Shown piece by piece: positions 36,577-51,328 of a stretch of DNA of 64,000 nt. Position 1 is the stretch's first letter, and each line of letters starts with the position of its first letter. Made by a program: the position numbers and the translations under genes. The DNA comes from Nemertoderma westbladi (lineage: Eukaryota > Animalia > Xenacoelomorpha). The notes under the pieces were generated by a model. The model did not search any database. It saw only the letters and a list, made by a program, of their open reading frames with translations, and had not been told where the DNA came from. The stretch is from assembly GCA_032718475.1 (NCBI GenBank), contig JAUCBJ010008890.1, positions 62,001 to 126,000 of the forward strand. The letters are read 5' to 3'.

Positions 36577-37723
36577 TGTAAAGGCTTTTGCGTAATTAGC
36601 CGGTTATTTTCCCCGTAAAGTACTCTGTAGTTGGTTTAACCGGCATAAAAGGCCGTGTCCTTACTGTATTGTTGTTTTAGAGGACATAAAAGCCATTTCT
36701 TCTGTATGTGTACTTTAGCGGACATGATTAGCAATTCTATGACGCAATAAGCCGGATCCTCTTGAAACAGTGTAGATACCATGACGACGGCTAACAGCTG
36801 ATATTGCCACGTAGAACATCTCTTTGTTCTTTGTTCTCTCTTTGTTCGGTCGACCAATCAGAGCGTTTTTTGCCTCTGTGTTGGAGATGGTATATAGAAA
36901 CTAGGGAAGTGAGACAGTATGTGATTTCTTCCACAGCCTACAACACCGGCGTGGAACCTCCGTGTTTCAGTCTTTAGTTCAACATTAGTAGGCTTAATTA
37001 TAGAACGTATATCCGTTATCTTAACTCACTCAGTCACTCATAATCATTCATACCTTAACATTACTGCTTTGCTGTCGGTTATTCATTATATTTGTTGATG
37101 AAATATTATATTTGGAATACTGATAAACAATCCGACACCCCAATCTTCTTGATATACTAAAGGTTAGAGAGACCGGATACATATAACGATTGCGACTTAC
37201 ATTAAGTGGTTTTAAGTGAATCTAATGCTATTTTATAGGCCCTACATGTATTGTCTGTTATTCTCTTTGTATGTGACTAAAATTAGTGAAGGTCGGCAGA
37301 TTGGTGTGCAGCATTGTGCAGCATTGTGTATGATTGTGATTGATAACGAAGCATCTCCTAAAGAATGCGCCATATACGTGAATCTATAGCCATCCCATTG
37401 TGTCTGGTTTAAGTCATAACTCTGTTTATATATTTAGAGCGCCACGTCCTAAAGGAACTGTTAATATTTCCCGAAAGTGAATAATATTTGTCAGAGATTA
37501 TATATATTAAGATCAGTCGAATAATACAGTAGGCCTATCCCGCAATACGATTAGGCTTCCAAATCCAATCTCCCGGGTATATCCAGCGGGTGAATGATCG
37601 CGCATAGACTGGTTTCGGCTAATGTAGTGTATCAAATATTTGTCGTAGGCTAAAGACTATCTATTATCTAGAAGACATCCTAATTTGGCAGGTTAAACTG
37701 CTAAAGGTCTGAAAGCGCGAACA
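36577..37723 (+). repeat. 5' LTR of element 2
   Basis: TGTAAAGGC...GCGCGAACA, 1147 bp, followed by ATAACGGATAT. Confidence 0.95.
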
Positions 37724-40025
37724 ATAACGGATATTGCTTCTGTATTGCAGTAGGCAATAAAGCTGAAGTACCGGCAACCGGTACCCAGTAGGCCTGACTA
37801 CCTAACCACCCGGACCGGTACCTACAGCAGTACAGGTACAGCAGTATTATTCGATTTTGATAATTATATACCAGTAGGCCTTAATAATTAATCAGGGACT
37901 GCAGCCCTGGTTTTTTATTGAGATTTTACTTATTTCTGTCAGTTTTATTTACTTGTAGGTTAATATTGAGCAGAAGGCGTGTAAGCCTGCTCAGATTGTA
38001 CAGATAATTTGTAGGCTTGACTGTTGTCTAACTGTTGTTAAGTCTGAATGGATTGCAGTGTGTGTAGAGCATCTGTCCGATAAAGTGCTAGTTAGGAACG
38101 TAGGGGCTTCAAATGCTGTGAGGTAAACCCCCTGTGAAAGAATAAGTCGTACTACAAGGTTAGAACGCATACTAACTAATCATTTCGGAGTCTGCATATA
38201 CTGTAGTTTATTTAGGCTTGATAGTAGTCTGCCATCGTTTGGTCTGTACTTTGTTTGTGTAGTCTGTACAGGTAGCGTATAATTCTTATTTAGATAATTT
38301 GTAGGCTGGATAGTTGTCTGGCTGTTATTAGGTCTGAACGGATTGCAGCGTGTGTAGATCACTTGTCCGATAAAGAACGGTTAGGAAGTAGGGGCAGCGA
38401 ATGCTGTAAGGTAAACCCCCAACTAAAGAATAAGTCGTACTACTGGGTTAGAACGCATACTAACTAACCATTTCGGAGTCTGCACATACCGTAGTTTGTT
38501 TAGGCTTGATGGTAGTCTGTCAGTATTTAGTCTGCATTTTGTTTGAGTAGTTTGTACGCGTAGCGTAATATTTATTATTCAGAGTTTATGCGATTATTCG
38601 CAACATTCATTCCCCAAGTTTATTCCTACAGTAATTGTGCTTGTTATACATACCGTTATAGTTAAACTAACCCCGGTACTACATCAGGGCTGCTTGGCGT
38701 AGGTAAAGACTGGAGATTTTATGCTTTGGTCACTCCGGCAGATACCGTGGTTCTTTTAGCTGTTCAAGTATTTTAACTACTGATTATTGGTTATACAAGT
38801 ACTTGTACCTAATTTAGGGTTTAGTGTACAGTGCTTTCCGAAGGTAATTAGCGTGTAGGCAGTATATTTGTGTTGTAAAGTGGTTAATAGGCACGTTGGT
38901 TCTGGTAGACCGCGGTAATTAACTTCTGGGTAGGAACACTCCGTGATACATAACGTAGTACTTATAGCGATACGGCTATAAGTCGTCAGACGGTGGTATT
39001 TTTCTATCTGGACAACGCAGTATATTTACTACTACTTATTATTTTCAAATACCGTAGTACTCTGTCCGTTGTAATAACCAGATTTCTAACCCTTTGTTAG
39101 GCTGGTTTGTAGACTTCTTGTAAAATTACCCTAAAAATTCGTACGTGTAATTTTTTGTGTTTATTTAGAGATTGTAATCTCACCCCGAATTGTATGTAAT
39201 TTGTAGTATTAAGTAACTTAGGTAAATTAGAATTATTTGTTTTAGTGTCCAACAAGTAGCACTCCACTGATAGCGCACAGCTTCTGTGTAGTGACTCCCC
39301 CAGAAATAATAACATTTATTTCAAATATTGACAAAACCCATTAAACGGGTATATATATATTATAAATCAACTCAAACGATTTATAAATAGTAGGCCTGCC
39401 ATACAACAACTAGGTCTCAATATCAGTTGGACTACTGCTCAAATAACGGTAATAAAGTAAGTTAAAGTAACCAAGTAACCCTTAAAATTCAGAAATTCAA
39501 TTATTCTAAAATAATTGACATACCGGTAATTACAATAGGCTTATTATATTTATTTCTATAAATTTTAGGCTGAAATTATACTGGTATTCTGTAATTAATT
39601 CTAGTCTGCAATTATACTTATATATATACATTATAAGTGTAAGCTGTATACCGGTATTCACAATAGGCCTATTATATATTTATAAATTTAGGCTGAAATT
39701 ATACCTGTATTCTGTAATTAATTCTAGTTAATAATTATACTTATATATACTATAAGTGTAAACTGCATACCGGTATCCACGATAGGCCTATTATATATTT
39801 ATATATACTTGTGCTGAAATTACATACCGGTACTCTGTGACGAACCTAGTCTGTAATAATAATTATATATACTATAAGCATACCGGTATTCTAATATATT
39901 ATATATATATCACGCTACACTGAGTAGCAGTATCGGTAATTAATTATTAGGCTAACAGTGATACTGAATTACTAGACTTGCTTAAACTGTAATATAGCAG
40001 TAGGCATTCAACTGTACAAACCAAC

Positions 40026-43000
40026 ATGTCTGACACAAAGCAAAACCTGTCAGACAGTCTCCTAGATACAACCATATGTGACCCAGACAGGAGTGTGGAA
40101 CTTGTAGGACCGAAGTTCAAATCACCTCCTACTGTAAGAAAGATCATCCCTCCAGTAGTAGTATCAGACCCTAGGCTGGTCCAACATCGTAGGTCTATCA
40201 TAGGCACTCGAGCTCAGGTCAAGCGGGACCAAGAAGCAGCAGAACAGCAACAACCCGTGAGCCAAGAACTTATTTCTCAGCGGCCCGACAGCTCCAGTAG
40301 TGAGGATACTGTAGAGCTGACACCCGAGCGCGGAGCAAAGATGACGGATGTGGTTTATTCGGATCCCCTTCTCATCCTTCCTGCAGCCGTACTCACTAGG
40401 TTATTGATTGCGGTGGAAGAACACCAGATCGATTGGGCGAGAAGTAAGCGATCGACTAAAGATAGTTATGCGGGATATACAAGGGAAGAACTGAAGTCTA
40501 TTGTCGAGTCGCAATGGAACTTCCCCGGACCCTGACTCCCATTTGATTTATCAGAAGCTGCCTGGGAAGATATACACAGGATGGGAGTAACCAAGGAAAC
40601 CGTCGATCCAGCTGTGTGGAAGAGGTCCGCAGCCGGATACGTACAGGGATTCGTAAGCTCTATGGAGCGAGTAGAAAAACAACTGTTTCAACAACCCCAA
40701 GGACCTCAAGAGCAGGGACAACTGCTTTATCAAGTTAGAGAAAGAATTCTACGAATCAGGCTAATCTTATCGGCCTTTGAGGAGGCTTCTAAAAGAAGAC
40801 AAGACACGTCGTTGCAAGTTGCCGTAAAGACTTGGTTTCAACGGGTGAACCTCCAGGTGCAGGGAACGACTCAGTGGAAAGCCCAACTGGATGAGCGCTC
40901 AACCCATGGAGAATCAACAGACGCTACTTTTTCCCAAGTGGAAAGTGAAGCGACGGCAGAGAAGCCGCATAAGAGGGATGCCATTGACATCTATCTGTCG
41001 GACTATCAACGTTTTGTAGGAGATGAAGAGTTGAGGAGAAGACTAGAGGGGCTCAGCCCTAATAGTGAAGGAGCCCAGCGTGTGTTGGACGCAATCGATG
41101 TGGATAGGTTAGCTGCGAACCAAGCTAAATTCAATGAAAGCATCCGCATCGCTAAGGTTCAAGAAGAACAAGTAAAGAAAAAACGTATAGAAGACAGAAA
41201 GATAGCAGCAGTGGCAGCAGCAGTGACAGCGGCAGAAGCGGAAAGAAAGGCTGTAGAAGCGGAAAGAAAAGCAGCCGAAGTGGAAAGAAAAGCGGCAGCG
41301 GCAGAGGCAGAAGCGGAAAGAAAAGCAGCCGATGTGGAAAGAAAAGCGGCAGCGGCAGAGGCAGAAGCGGAAGCGGAAAGAAAAGCAGCCGAAGTGGAAA
41401 GAAAAGCGGCAGAGGCAGTGGCAGAAGCAGAACGAAAGGCGTCTGAAGAGACTGCCCAACTAGAGTTGGAAAATCTTCAAGAGAAGCAAGACAACTTTAA
41501 TAAACAGTTAACAGCTAGTAATATGCAGATGATGAATCGATCTACTCCCAAAAGGCAAGGTTATACATCATCTGAGGAAGGCGATACCACAGATCAGGAA
41601 GGCGGAGGAAATCGATCTCGCCTAAGCAGACGTAAAAGAATGTCCCACCATCAGAAATTGCTTGATTTGCCCCCAGCTGTTCGAAGGCAACTAAATAACA
41701 CAAATTTAGGTAGTACAGAACCCACAGACCAAATAATTAAAATAGAAAGACTCTCTACTATAGTAGATGAGCCTGAAATAATTAGGCCTGTTCTTGAAAT
41801 CACCCCTTCGGTGATAGAGACACCTGTACTCCCAGAACCTACCTTTAAATTCCCTTTACACAGCACCAAATTATCTGTGCCTAGAGGAACAGCCCCTGAA
41901 ACAGTGTCGGTCCTGGACTCCGAGCGAAATATAAAGGATATATCGCCCGTAGTCCCTCGTCTGCCCGCTACGACGTTGGCGGATCCCGCTTCGGCGGTTG
42001 ATTGGGTAGACGAGAGACGGCGGGGGATGGACATTCTCCTCGGAGAGATGAAGGAGAATCGAGTGCGCTCCTCCCAACAGGTCCGAGAGTTAGAAGGGAC
42101 TGTTCAACAGTTAAAGGGAACCGTAAAGGAAAGTAGGTTAGAGTTGCAAGAAGTGCACCAAAGTATCACGCTAGAACGCGATAAATTAGTAAATTTACAA
42201 AAGGGTATATCACCACCCTCTGTAACAATGTGTCAACCTGTTAGGTCTGAAGTATCTCATGCGCAAGGTGTGGAGCCTACACGCATATATACTGCTAGCG
42301 AAGTAGAAACTCCTATAGTGAACCCTATTAAGGGTAATTATAGACCTGTTGATAATGATATTCCCTATAGACCTGATTATAATCCGAGAAATTTATATAC
42401 CGATAAATCGATATTAAATAACACGATGGCCCAAGAAAGTTTTACGCGCCAAATGGCTAGAACCGAAGCCCGGCAAGCGGTAAAGGTGGGAGAGATCGTC
42501 AAGTTCAATGGAGATGAGATGAAATGGTTACCTTTTAATGAATATTACAAAGATAACATACAGAACTCTGTGCTATCTAATGGAGAGAAACTTAGATTCC
42601 TCATCGAGTGCTTGGAAGGATCTCCCAAGTTAATGGCGTTAAAGTTTATTGGACATCCAGACGGATTAAGACAAGTTTGGGATACACTAAACATCAGGTA
42701 TGGTAATAGGAATAACATAGCTGGGTATTTGTATGCAAAGTTGGTAGCGCCCCGAAAGTTTATTAGCAGCGGGATTATAGAGTTTTCCGATGAGATTCAG
42801 GAGATCTGCAGACAATTAGATTGGCTAGGTAAGTCTCATGAGTATCAGAGTGCTATGGTTATTAGAGCAGTGGCTTCTCCTTTACCGAAGGGTGGAGTAG
42901 GTACACGCTGGGACAAGAAAGTGTTATATATGATGGAACAACAACAACGAGACCCTACCATGGCTGATCTCATGTCATTCTTGGATGGCGAAGTGAAATT

Positions 43001-46000
43001 ACAGCTCATAAAGCAGTCCAGAGAGAAGACACCGGAAAACAAGGTAAGTGAGAAACCCGTCTCTAGGAGAAAGGTAACACCAGTGTGTTATACAGACGAC
43101 GGCGAAAGCCAGACTTCTCAAGGAGAGGATAGCGGGAAAGACACTGAAAGATCTTATTATGTCAATAAAACGCCTAAAGACCAGATAAGTAAATTCAAGT
43201 CTCGAACCAATGAAAGGAGAGAACAGGTAAGAAAAACTCCTCCTACGTCTCCCAAGAGAATTCAGGTGAGAAAGCCCGAAGAAAGAACGAGTGTGCACAA
43301 TGTTATTCAAAATAAGGTAAGTAACATCAAACCGAAATGTGCGCTATGTGACGGGACTCATCGTTTGAATATGTGTGATGAATTCCTGAAGAAATCATTA
43401 GCAGAGAGACGGGAAGTCATGTGGGATAAGCGGTTGTGTTATAATTGCCTCAGACAAGGACACCAACGGCGAACCTGTTACTCCGACACAAGGTGTGCAA
43501 AGTGCAGTGCGAAACACCATATCTTGTTGCACACTGAATTTGAGCGAAATAGTCCAAGTCAGGTAAGTGATTAAGAACTACATGTCCAATTCAGTGATGT
43601 GAACGACACTGATCATTCTGAGATGGAAGGATTCTATACGGACGAGTTCTCCGACGAAAACGAATCCTGTTACATGATAAATACCGCAGTGTATCGAGCA
43701 CTCACGTATGAAAAAGATACAGACAGCGACCTCACCCTAACTACTTCTGATCGACAACCATCTTGGAAAGCGCCATCTTCCAATGTAGGAATCCGAGAAT
43801 TTCCTGTAGTACAGGTAAGGGTCCATGGACCTAAAAGGAGTTATGTAGTGAACGCCCTCCTTGACTCCGGTAGTACAGGAACATTCATCGACAAAGAACT
43901 AGCCGAAGACATCTTTGCTGGACAACCCAAGTTCCGAACTAAGCTAAACATGTCAGGAATTATGCAGGTTTGGAAATCTACAGTAATCGCGGATTATTAT
44001 GTAGGTGCGTTGTCCACCCCCCAGGATGAACTAGGAGAACATAGCATAAGGTCAGTAAAAATGGTGGCGATAAAGAACTTCGCTACCACTCAAGTGGAAC
44101 CTTATAACTGGGATGAGGACGATTTCACCCAGCAGCTGGAAATACCTAGATTCAACACCGATTACCCTGGAGTGCAAATACTCATCGGTCAAAACGCGCA
44201 TGAAGCGCTCGAGACATTGGAGAAACGGCCCGCTCAACCGCAACCACTGCAAGCTTATGCGGTAAGAACTAGAGTGGGTTGGTACTTTACTGGCCCTTCC
44301 CGTAGAACTCTCATGGAAAGATTACCGAAAGATCAGGTATATCAAGTGCGAGAATGGGAAGTTGAGAACAGTGAGTTAGACAATCCAACTGAGGGAACTC
44401 CATACTCCTCAGACAACGACGTTATACACCAACTCTTTGATGAGGAGAATACAATCAATCTCCTTAAGGAAAACGAGACTTGGCAAAACCAAGTGAACTT
44501 ATGTCAGCTCCTTCTTCCATCAGAACGAGATGAATATAACGACGAACTTAATGACGTCATTGAACGTTATAATGCCAAGACTCGGGATGAACACGCCGTA
44601 CGATTCTTTACTCAAGAGGCTGTAGAGCCCAACTCCTACGATAAGGCCCTATCGGTAGAAGAAGAAAGAGCCAAGCAGATCCAAGAGACAACTACACGTT
44701 TTCTTAAAGATCAAGGTAGATATGAGATCGGTCTTCCTTTCCGAAAGCGAGAACCAAAGTTCATTAACAACCGACCCTTGGCAGAGAAAAGAATCGCTCA
44801 ACTACATCGACGCCTTACGGCAAATTCTTCAGCTAAAGAAATGTATCAAACGCAGTTGAAGAAGTTTATTAGCAAGGGATATGCGGAGCTAGTACCGGAA
44901 GAAACACCTATAACTGAGAGAACGTATTATTTAACTCACCATTACGTTCCCAAACCCGGTAAACCAAATGAGGTACGAGTGGTGTTCGACGGCTCCGCCC
45001 TCTATATGGACTAATTGTTACCCGGACCCAACTTACTCCAATCATTGTTGGGAATACTTTTAAAATTAAGACAATATTCAATTGCTTTCGCCTCAGATAT
45101 AGAAGGCATGTTCTTACAAGTCAAAGCGCTGGATAGGGATCGAGATAGCCTACGATTTCTGTGGTGGCCTGAAGGAGACCTCAACCAGAAACCGGTGGAG
45201 TACTGGATGACCATCCAAGCTTCTGGGATAATCTCGAGCCCTTCAAACGCCTGTTCCGTGGTGCGCACCACCGCGGATGACAACCGAGACGCCTTCTCTA
45301 AAGAGGTGATCGACAATATCAAACGAGACATCTACATGGACGATAATCTAAAGTCCCTTCCATCAGTCGAAGAAGCCATTGACATCGCTAAAGGAACGGT
45401 AGAGTGCTTAAAAAGAGGTGGATTTCGATTAACTAAATTAAAATTAAAATTAAAACAAAAACAACGAGATAATCCAGTTCGGACTAAGCGGATTTGTTTA
45501 AGTATACTGAGCACTTATTTCGATCCATTGGGATTTATTAGCCCAGTTATATTGATTGCTCGGAGTTTAGTACAACAAATGTGGCTTGAAAACCACTCAT
45601 GGGACGATCCACTTAAGGGAGAATTATTGAAGAAGTGGATGGAATGGGAAGATTCTCTACCAGCCATCGAGAACTTTATAATCTCCCGTTCATATTTTCT
45701 TCATGTTCTCCCTACGTATTCCTATCAACTCCATGTGTTTGGAGACGCCAGCGATATGGGAATAGGTATAGTAGCCTACCTAAGGGTGGAAACTCCGGAC
45801 GGAATCAAAGTTGCCTTGGTTACTTCTAAGGCATTGATAAACAATAAGTTGAAAGTTCCTCGAGCGGAGTTAAAAGCGGCTCTATACGCTACAGCCATCG
45901 GCCGGAATGTAACAGAACAGATCGACTATCCACTGGAGAAAACTGTTTATTGGACCGACGCTTTACTCGTGTTGGAGTATATAACCAATGAAGTCTGTCA

Positions 46001-48086
46001 GTTCAGCGTCTTCGTTACCAACAGAGTAGCCATTATACTCAGTCGCACAACGATGGATCAATGGAGACATTGCCCCGGAACGATTAATCCAGCAGACATC
46101 GCCTCTAGGGGAGCAACTCCACAAGAACTGGTAGATACTCCAGACTGGCTAGGTGGACCCGACTTCCTGTACAAAGAAGAAGAAGAATGGCCTCCTCATC
46201 TTACCACCGCAGAGATTAGACAGGCCAAGGGAGCGGAGAAAGTCAAACCTAAAACTCGGGCGAGTAAATCGAAGTTATTCAAACCTATGGTAGATCTGTC
46301 TGTACTACATATTTCCGGAGACGACGCTTTGGATCAGAAACCCACAGCCACAAATAAACTTGTTGTGGAAATCCGTGAGAAGGATTGGAAATCTGGAATA
46401 CCAGACGTCTCGCAAGGACTCTCACCTCTTCTGCAGAGAGCGATACATCACTACAGTTCCTGGAATCGGCTCTGTAAGGCCGTTACATATTTAAAGAGAT
46501 GTTTTCACCATCAATACTCCGGGATGAAGACCAAAGGTGATACCGCTCCAATAACTTCAGTGCAGGTCCATGTTATTAAAGATCTTCCCAAATATAAGAT
46601 ACCCGACAGGTTTCTGAAGGAGAAGATCAGTTATCAGGAGCATGAAGAAACCAACAAGCAGATGCTGAGACTCCTGCAATGCTATGAGGATTCCGATAAG
46701 TATTTCCTGTTGTTGAGAAATCCACAGATGCGCTTAAGGGATCGTTTCTCTAGCACAATGATACATGGGTTGATACGTGTTGGAGGAAGATTAACGAATG
46801 CTCCACTATCCTTTGACACTAAGTTTCCCATACTCATTAGAAATCTTGAAATACAAGTCAAGATGATTGTAGACGTTCACAGCAAACTTTATCATGCTGG
46901 TAGGGAACGAGTTCTTAGCGAAATTCGAACTCGCTATTATTTTTATAAACCCCGTAGAGCTCTGAACCAAGTTCTTAGGAACTGCATACCCTGTAGGAAA
47001 GCATTCAGTAGGCCTTTAACACAGCGAGAGGCAGAATTACCTAGGGAACGAGTAAGCTTCTATGAACCACCCTTTACTAATACCGGTGTGGATTTATTTG
47101 GCCCTATTGAAGTATATTGTGCTAGGACTATAGTCAAGAGATGGTGTGTCATCTTTGTTTGTATGACTTGTAGAGCTATCCATCTCGACATGGTGAACGA
47201 TTTATCTACCAACAGCTTTCTATTAAGCTTACGACGACAGATCGCTCGCTTTGGCACTAGTAACACGATGAGATCTGATAAGGGAACAAACTTCATTGGT
47301 GCCAACAATGAAATCAAAGCTTACGTCAAAGATTGGAACCAAAGACAGGTGGACGATCAGCTACGAGTAACAGCGTCTAGCTTGACCTTCAACGCCGCCG
47401 ACGCCCCTTGGTGGGGAGGAAGTTGGGAGAGATTAATAAGAAGTGTGAAGACAGCATTTCACTTTATAGTGCCTTGCCGCGCGTATCTCACCGATGAACT
47501 TTTGCGGAAGTTAATGGAGGAAATCGCCGCCTATCTCAACGAGAGACCGCTTATGCCAGTCTCATCGAGTCCCGATTCCCTGGAAGCGCTAACACCCGCG
47601 CATTTCCTACTAAAGAAACCTGTAGCCATGCTCCCACAATCGGAAATCACAGACGGAGACGAATACTGCCGGCAAACTTGGCAACTCATGCAGTTGTTAT
47701 CCCGTCGTTTCGCTGATCATTTTAAAAAACATTATCTGCCCACGCTACAACTTCGAACTAAGTGGTTTGCGCAGCAAGAAAACGTCAGCGCTGGAGACAT
47801 GGTTCTTATTGTGGATGTAGATCTTCCACGTAAGCGGTGGCAGACAGGTCGTATCATCGAGACTCACATCTCTGATGATGGTTTGGTGCGATCGGTAGAA
47901 CTCGTCGTCATGCGACGTAACTTCAAGAAACCGGGAATTGTCTTCGAGACGCAGCAGCTCAATCACCCAGTTGGTCGCTTATGTTTACTGGAAAGAGACA
48001 GAGAACTCTCCGGAAAATATGGGAGACAAGATACTCTTCCCACGACCACCTCCCTAATCCAAACATCTAGGGACTCCCCAGCTTAG
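40026..48086 (+). pseudogene. gag-pol of element 2
   Basis: One frame throughout with stops at 40533, 43572 and 45012, plus an in-frame deletion with filler at ~45435-45460. Confidence 0.93.
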
Positions 48087-49728
48087 TAGCATATGGAGTG
48101 GGCATGTGACCATATTATTTTATATTCTTATTATTTTATATTTATGTATGTATTATTATGTAATTTTATTATAATCGTTTTATTTAATTTTATTTAGTAG
48201 CATGTTATTTTAGCGATTATTTAGTAGATTAGTGCAATATATTCGCGTTTATTACGTAATTACTTATATTATATATTTAGTGCGACGGCGAGAAACAATT
48301 CTTTTTCTCTTTCCTTGCTGCCCGTATTACATTACGAATACGTAACTACAGTAAGATGAAATGTCCGTACTTATTAAAGTACAATAAAGCCACTACTATA
48401 TTCAAGTATTATTGGTAGGCAGAGTATTAGGAATGCAAAGTTCAGATCCTTGTGTCTCGGCAAAACCAAGCTCTGGGTAGACCTTGGAAACGACTTGCCT
48501 CTTCACACTGACATTGCTTCGTGCGATATTGCTCTCCTACCGTATATTAAATAATACATATAGTAGCGTGATGTCCCTTTAACAGTAGCGTATAACGCAA
48601 AATAAATCTGTTAAACCCTTTGACCATCTGCAATTCTAGTCGATTAAGATATCGCGGCACCCACCGATATACTTGAAAGACAAAATTCTAGAATCAGTGG
48701 TTAACGTCCCCAGACAAGTTCTGGAATAAACTGGTGCCCATCCTAAATATTAATTATTAATATTTACAAAATCTGTCAAATTTTAGATCCTTTAACATTC
48801 TAGTCGATTAAGATATCGTAGCACTTACCGATACTCTTAAAAAGACAAAATTCCTAGAATCAAGGATCCCAGTCCCCAGACACGTTCTGGAATAAAATTA
48901 CGTCTATTTAACATTAAATAATAAAATTTACGGGAATAAATTTAAATTCATATATTTCAATGAATTTAATAAATTGTCATTTTATACAATTTATAACATT
49001 CCCAAAATTCCATTAATTAATAGATCATGGGAGCGGAGATTCACTCTATTAAGTGTATTTGTGTGCGAGAATCTCCAATATATAGTCAATAGCCGATAAA
49101 ATTCATAAAATCATATATAGAGAGGATATTGACAATTAAAGAATTACTATTAAATAGCATCCCAGATCTGTATGCATGAGAATTACCCTAATTCTACCGC
49201 TAGCTTTCCATAATGTCACCATGGCAACAACCACGCTAGAATTAGAAGTGAGTTAAAAGAACAATAAAGGGCTTGCGCATTGAATAGCATACGGAATAAA
49301 TAGCACACCGCTAGTATCCAAGGATACATAATAACAACGTGACATTCTGGAAGGCACTTGACTAACGGACAAATGACCCGAATGTGTGATAGAATGTGTA
49401 CCATTTGTGACAGTTACGTGGAATTTGTGCGTTTGTAGGTGAATGTTACTACTAAGGTGTGTTTACAGTAGCGAGTCGCAATTGTGAAAGTAGCCCTAAC
49501 TCTCCAGTAAGAACCTGAAGTATATCTAAGCCTTTGGGACGGACGGTGGAGTGACTTGTGCTGGTTGTTGTAGTCGTTGTGCAGCTACGACGTTGGCGAT
49601 AGGCACATCGGCGAAAGTACACCAGCGCTGAGGATCTCGCACTGTCCGGGGGCAGAGAGGGGTAGGCAGCGACGCCCGCTCGCCTAAATATAAACTCATT
49701 ATAATATGGATAAACTTATATAGCAGAT

Positions 49729-51250
49729 ATGATTGAGTTGATAGAAGATGATCTTGGTATCAGGGAGCGATATACTCTACCTTTGCAAGCGTTTGTTGAT
49801 AGCTTGATACGCGGCGACGCTGGTCCAACTACTACGGAGGACGATGGTCGTTATATCTAACCGCCAATGTCCCGGGAGCAACTTGCGCGTGGGTTGGACT
49901 GTAGAAAATTCACCGCTCGCTATACGCATCGTAATGGTACGTATATGGACTTCTTAACTACTGGTCATCCTATCGACCTACACGATACGAACGATATAGA
50001 CACCAAAAGGGAAATGGTTTATTTAAATATCATACCCAGCGGAAGCGGAACGATAAACTGAGACTCGAACACGAAAATTCTATTCGAAACCGACTCGAAA
50101 GTGAAGATGTCGAAGAGCCGGATAAACGCAGCGACTTCACCAAATACCTGGAATTCTTGAGAGAAACCTATCTCGATATTACCAGTCAACAGAATCTAGA
50201 AACTCGATATCCTCAAGGTATACATCATGACCGCATGGTAGAACTCAAACGGCTCTATTCCACTATGATGTATCTTACCGCCGATCGATCGCTACCTGTT
50301 GTACCGGATAGCTTCGAACGGATGGAGGAATATTGTAAGCTGGAGAAAGATCACTCGCGTTTCCCCTACAAGACGTGCGTTTTTGGTATTATTGCGATGA
50401 ATGCCCAAGACCCAACCAACAAACGGAAAGACATAAACATCCGCGGAGACGTTGCTTTAAACACGGTTTTACTCGCTATATTTACGGGAGTTTCGAACGA
50501 AACTTGTTCGATGTATCACCTACGCTCGTTCGACTCAGACGATCCTTAAATAAACCAATGATCAGAGTTTCGGAATACTCGATCAGACCTCCTCATTCCC
50601 TAGTGAGACCTCAGACTCTTGATCCTATTAGTATGACGGATCCTCCCGAGCTGTACTCACTGCTCAAAGATCTAGTGTTACCTGAACAATTAGTCGGTGG
50701 CACCCCGGTTGTGGGCTTCCTAGATATTAGCCCATCCTACCTAGCCGGATTGGGACGCGGACATTTAATATCGCTGTTTAACCCTTACCATCGTCCCGGC
50801 TTAACACGATATAACCTGTCACCAAAGTGGCGGAGAGCGTTGTACCAAATGAGTTAGACGCTATTCTACAAAGATCAGAAAAGGAACTTACGCTTGTTCA
50901 GATAAACGTAAATTGCACTAGCAAGTCCAAGCGGTAAACAAAGTAACTATATCTCAGTTCGATCGGGAAATCCAGAATCTCTAAGAAGTTATCGAACTTG
51001 GACGATCCTATTCTCTGCGAGAGTTTTTGGATGAACGTATCCAGCTACGAGCGGAGGAAAATCAGCTCGAGGAGAAGCATATCGAAACGGCAGATACCTC
51101 GACCATAATCCTACATCTTCTGATGCAATCATATTGCACCCTTCACCCAGGAGTTATGGCCCTCCTAGTAAAGTGGCTCCCCCCAAAGAGAAAAGGACTC
51201 TTGCTAGCCTCAAAAAACTGCGTAAACGCCGTCTGCGTAAGAAAGACTAA
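49729..51250 (+). pseudogene. ORF3 remnant of element 2
   Basis: Homologous to the N-terminus and last codons of element 1 ORF3; many stops and frameshifts; ~2.7 kb deleted at ~51087. Confidence 0.9.
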
Positions 51251-51328
51251 CTGTTTAGAGTATCTTTATATTTTAGAAACTGTGATTTGTTATATTTTAT
51301 AGACTTAAATCCCATTTTCTGGGAGCGG

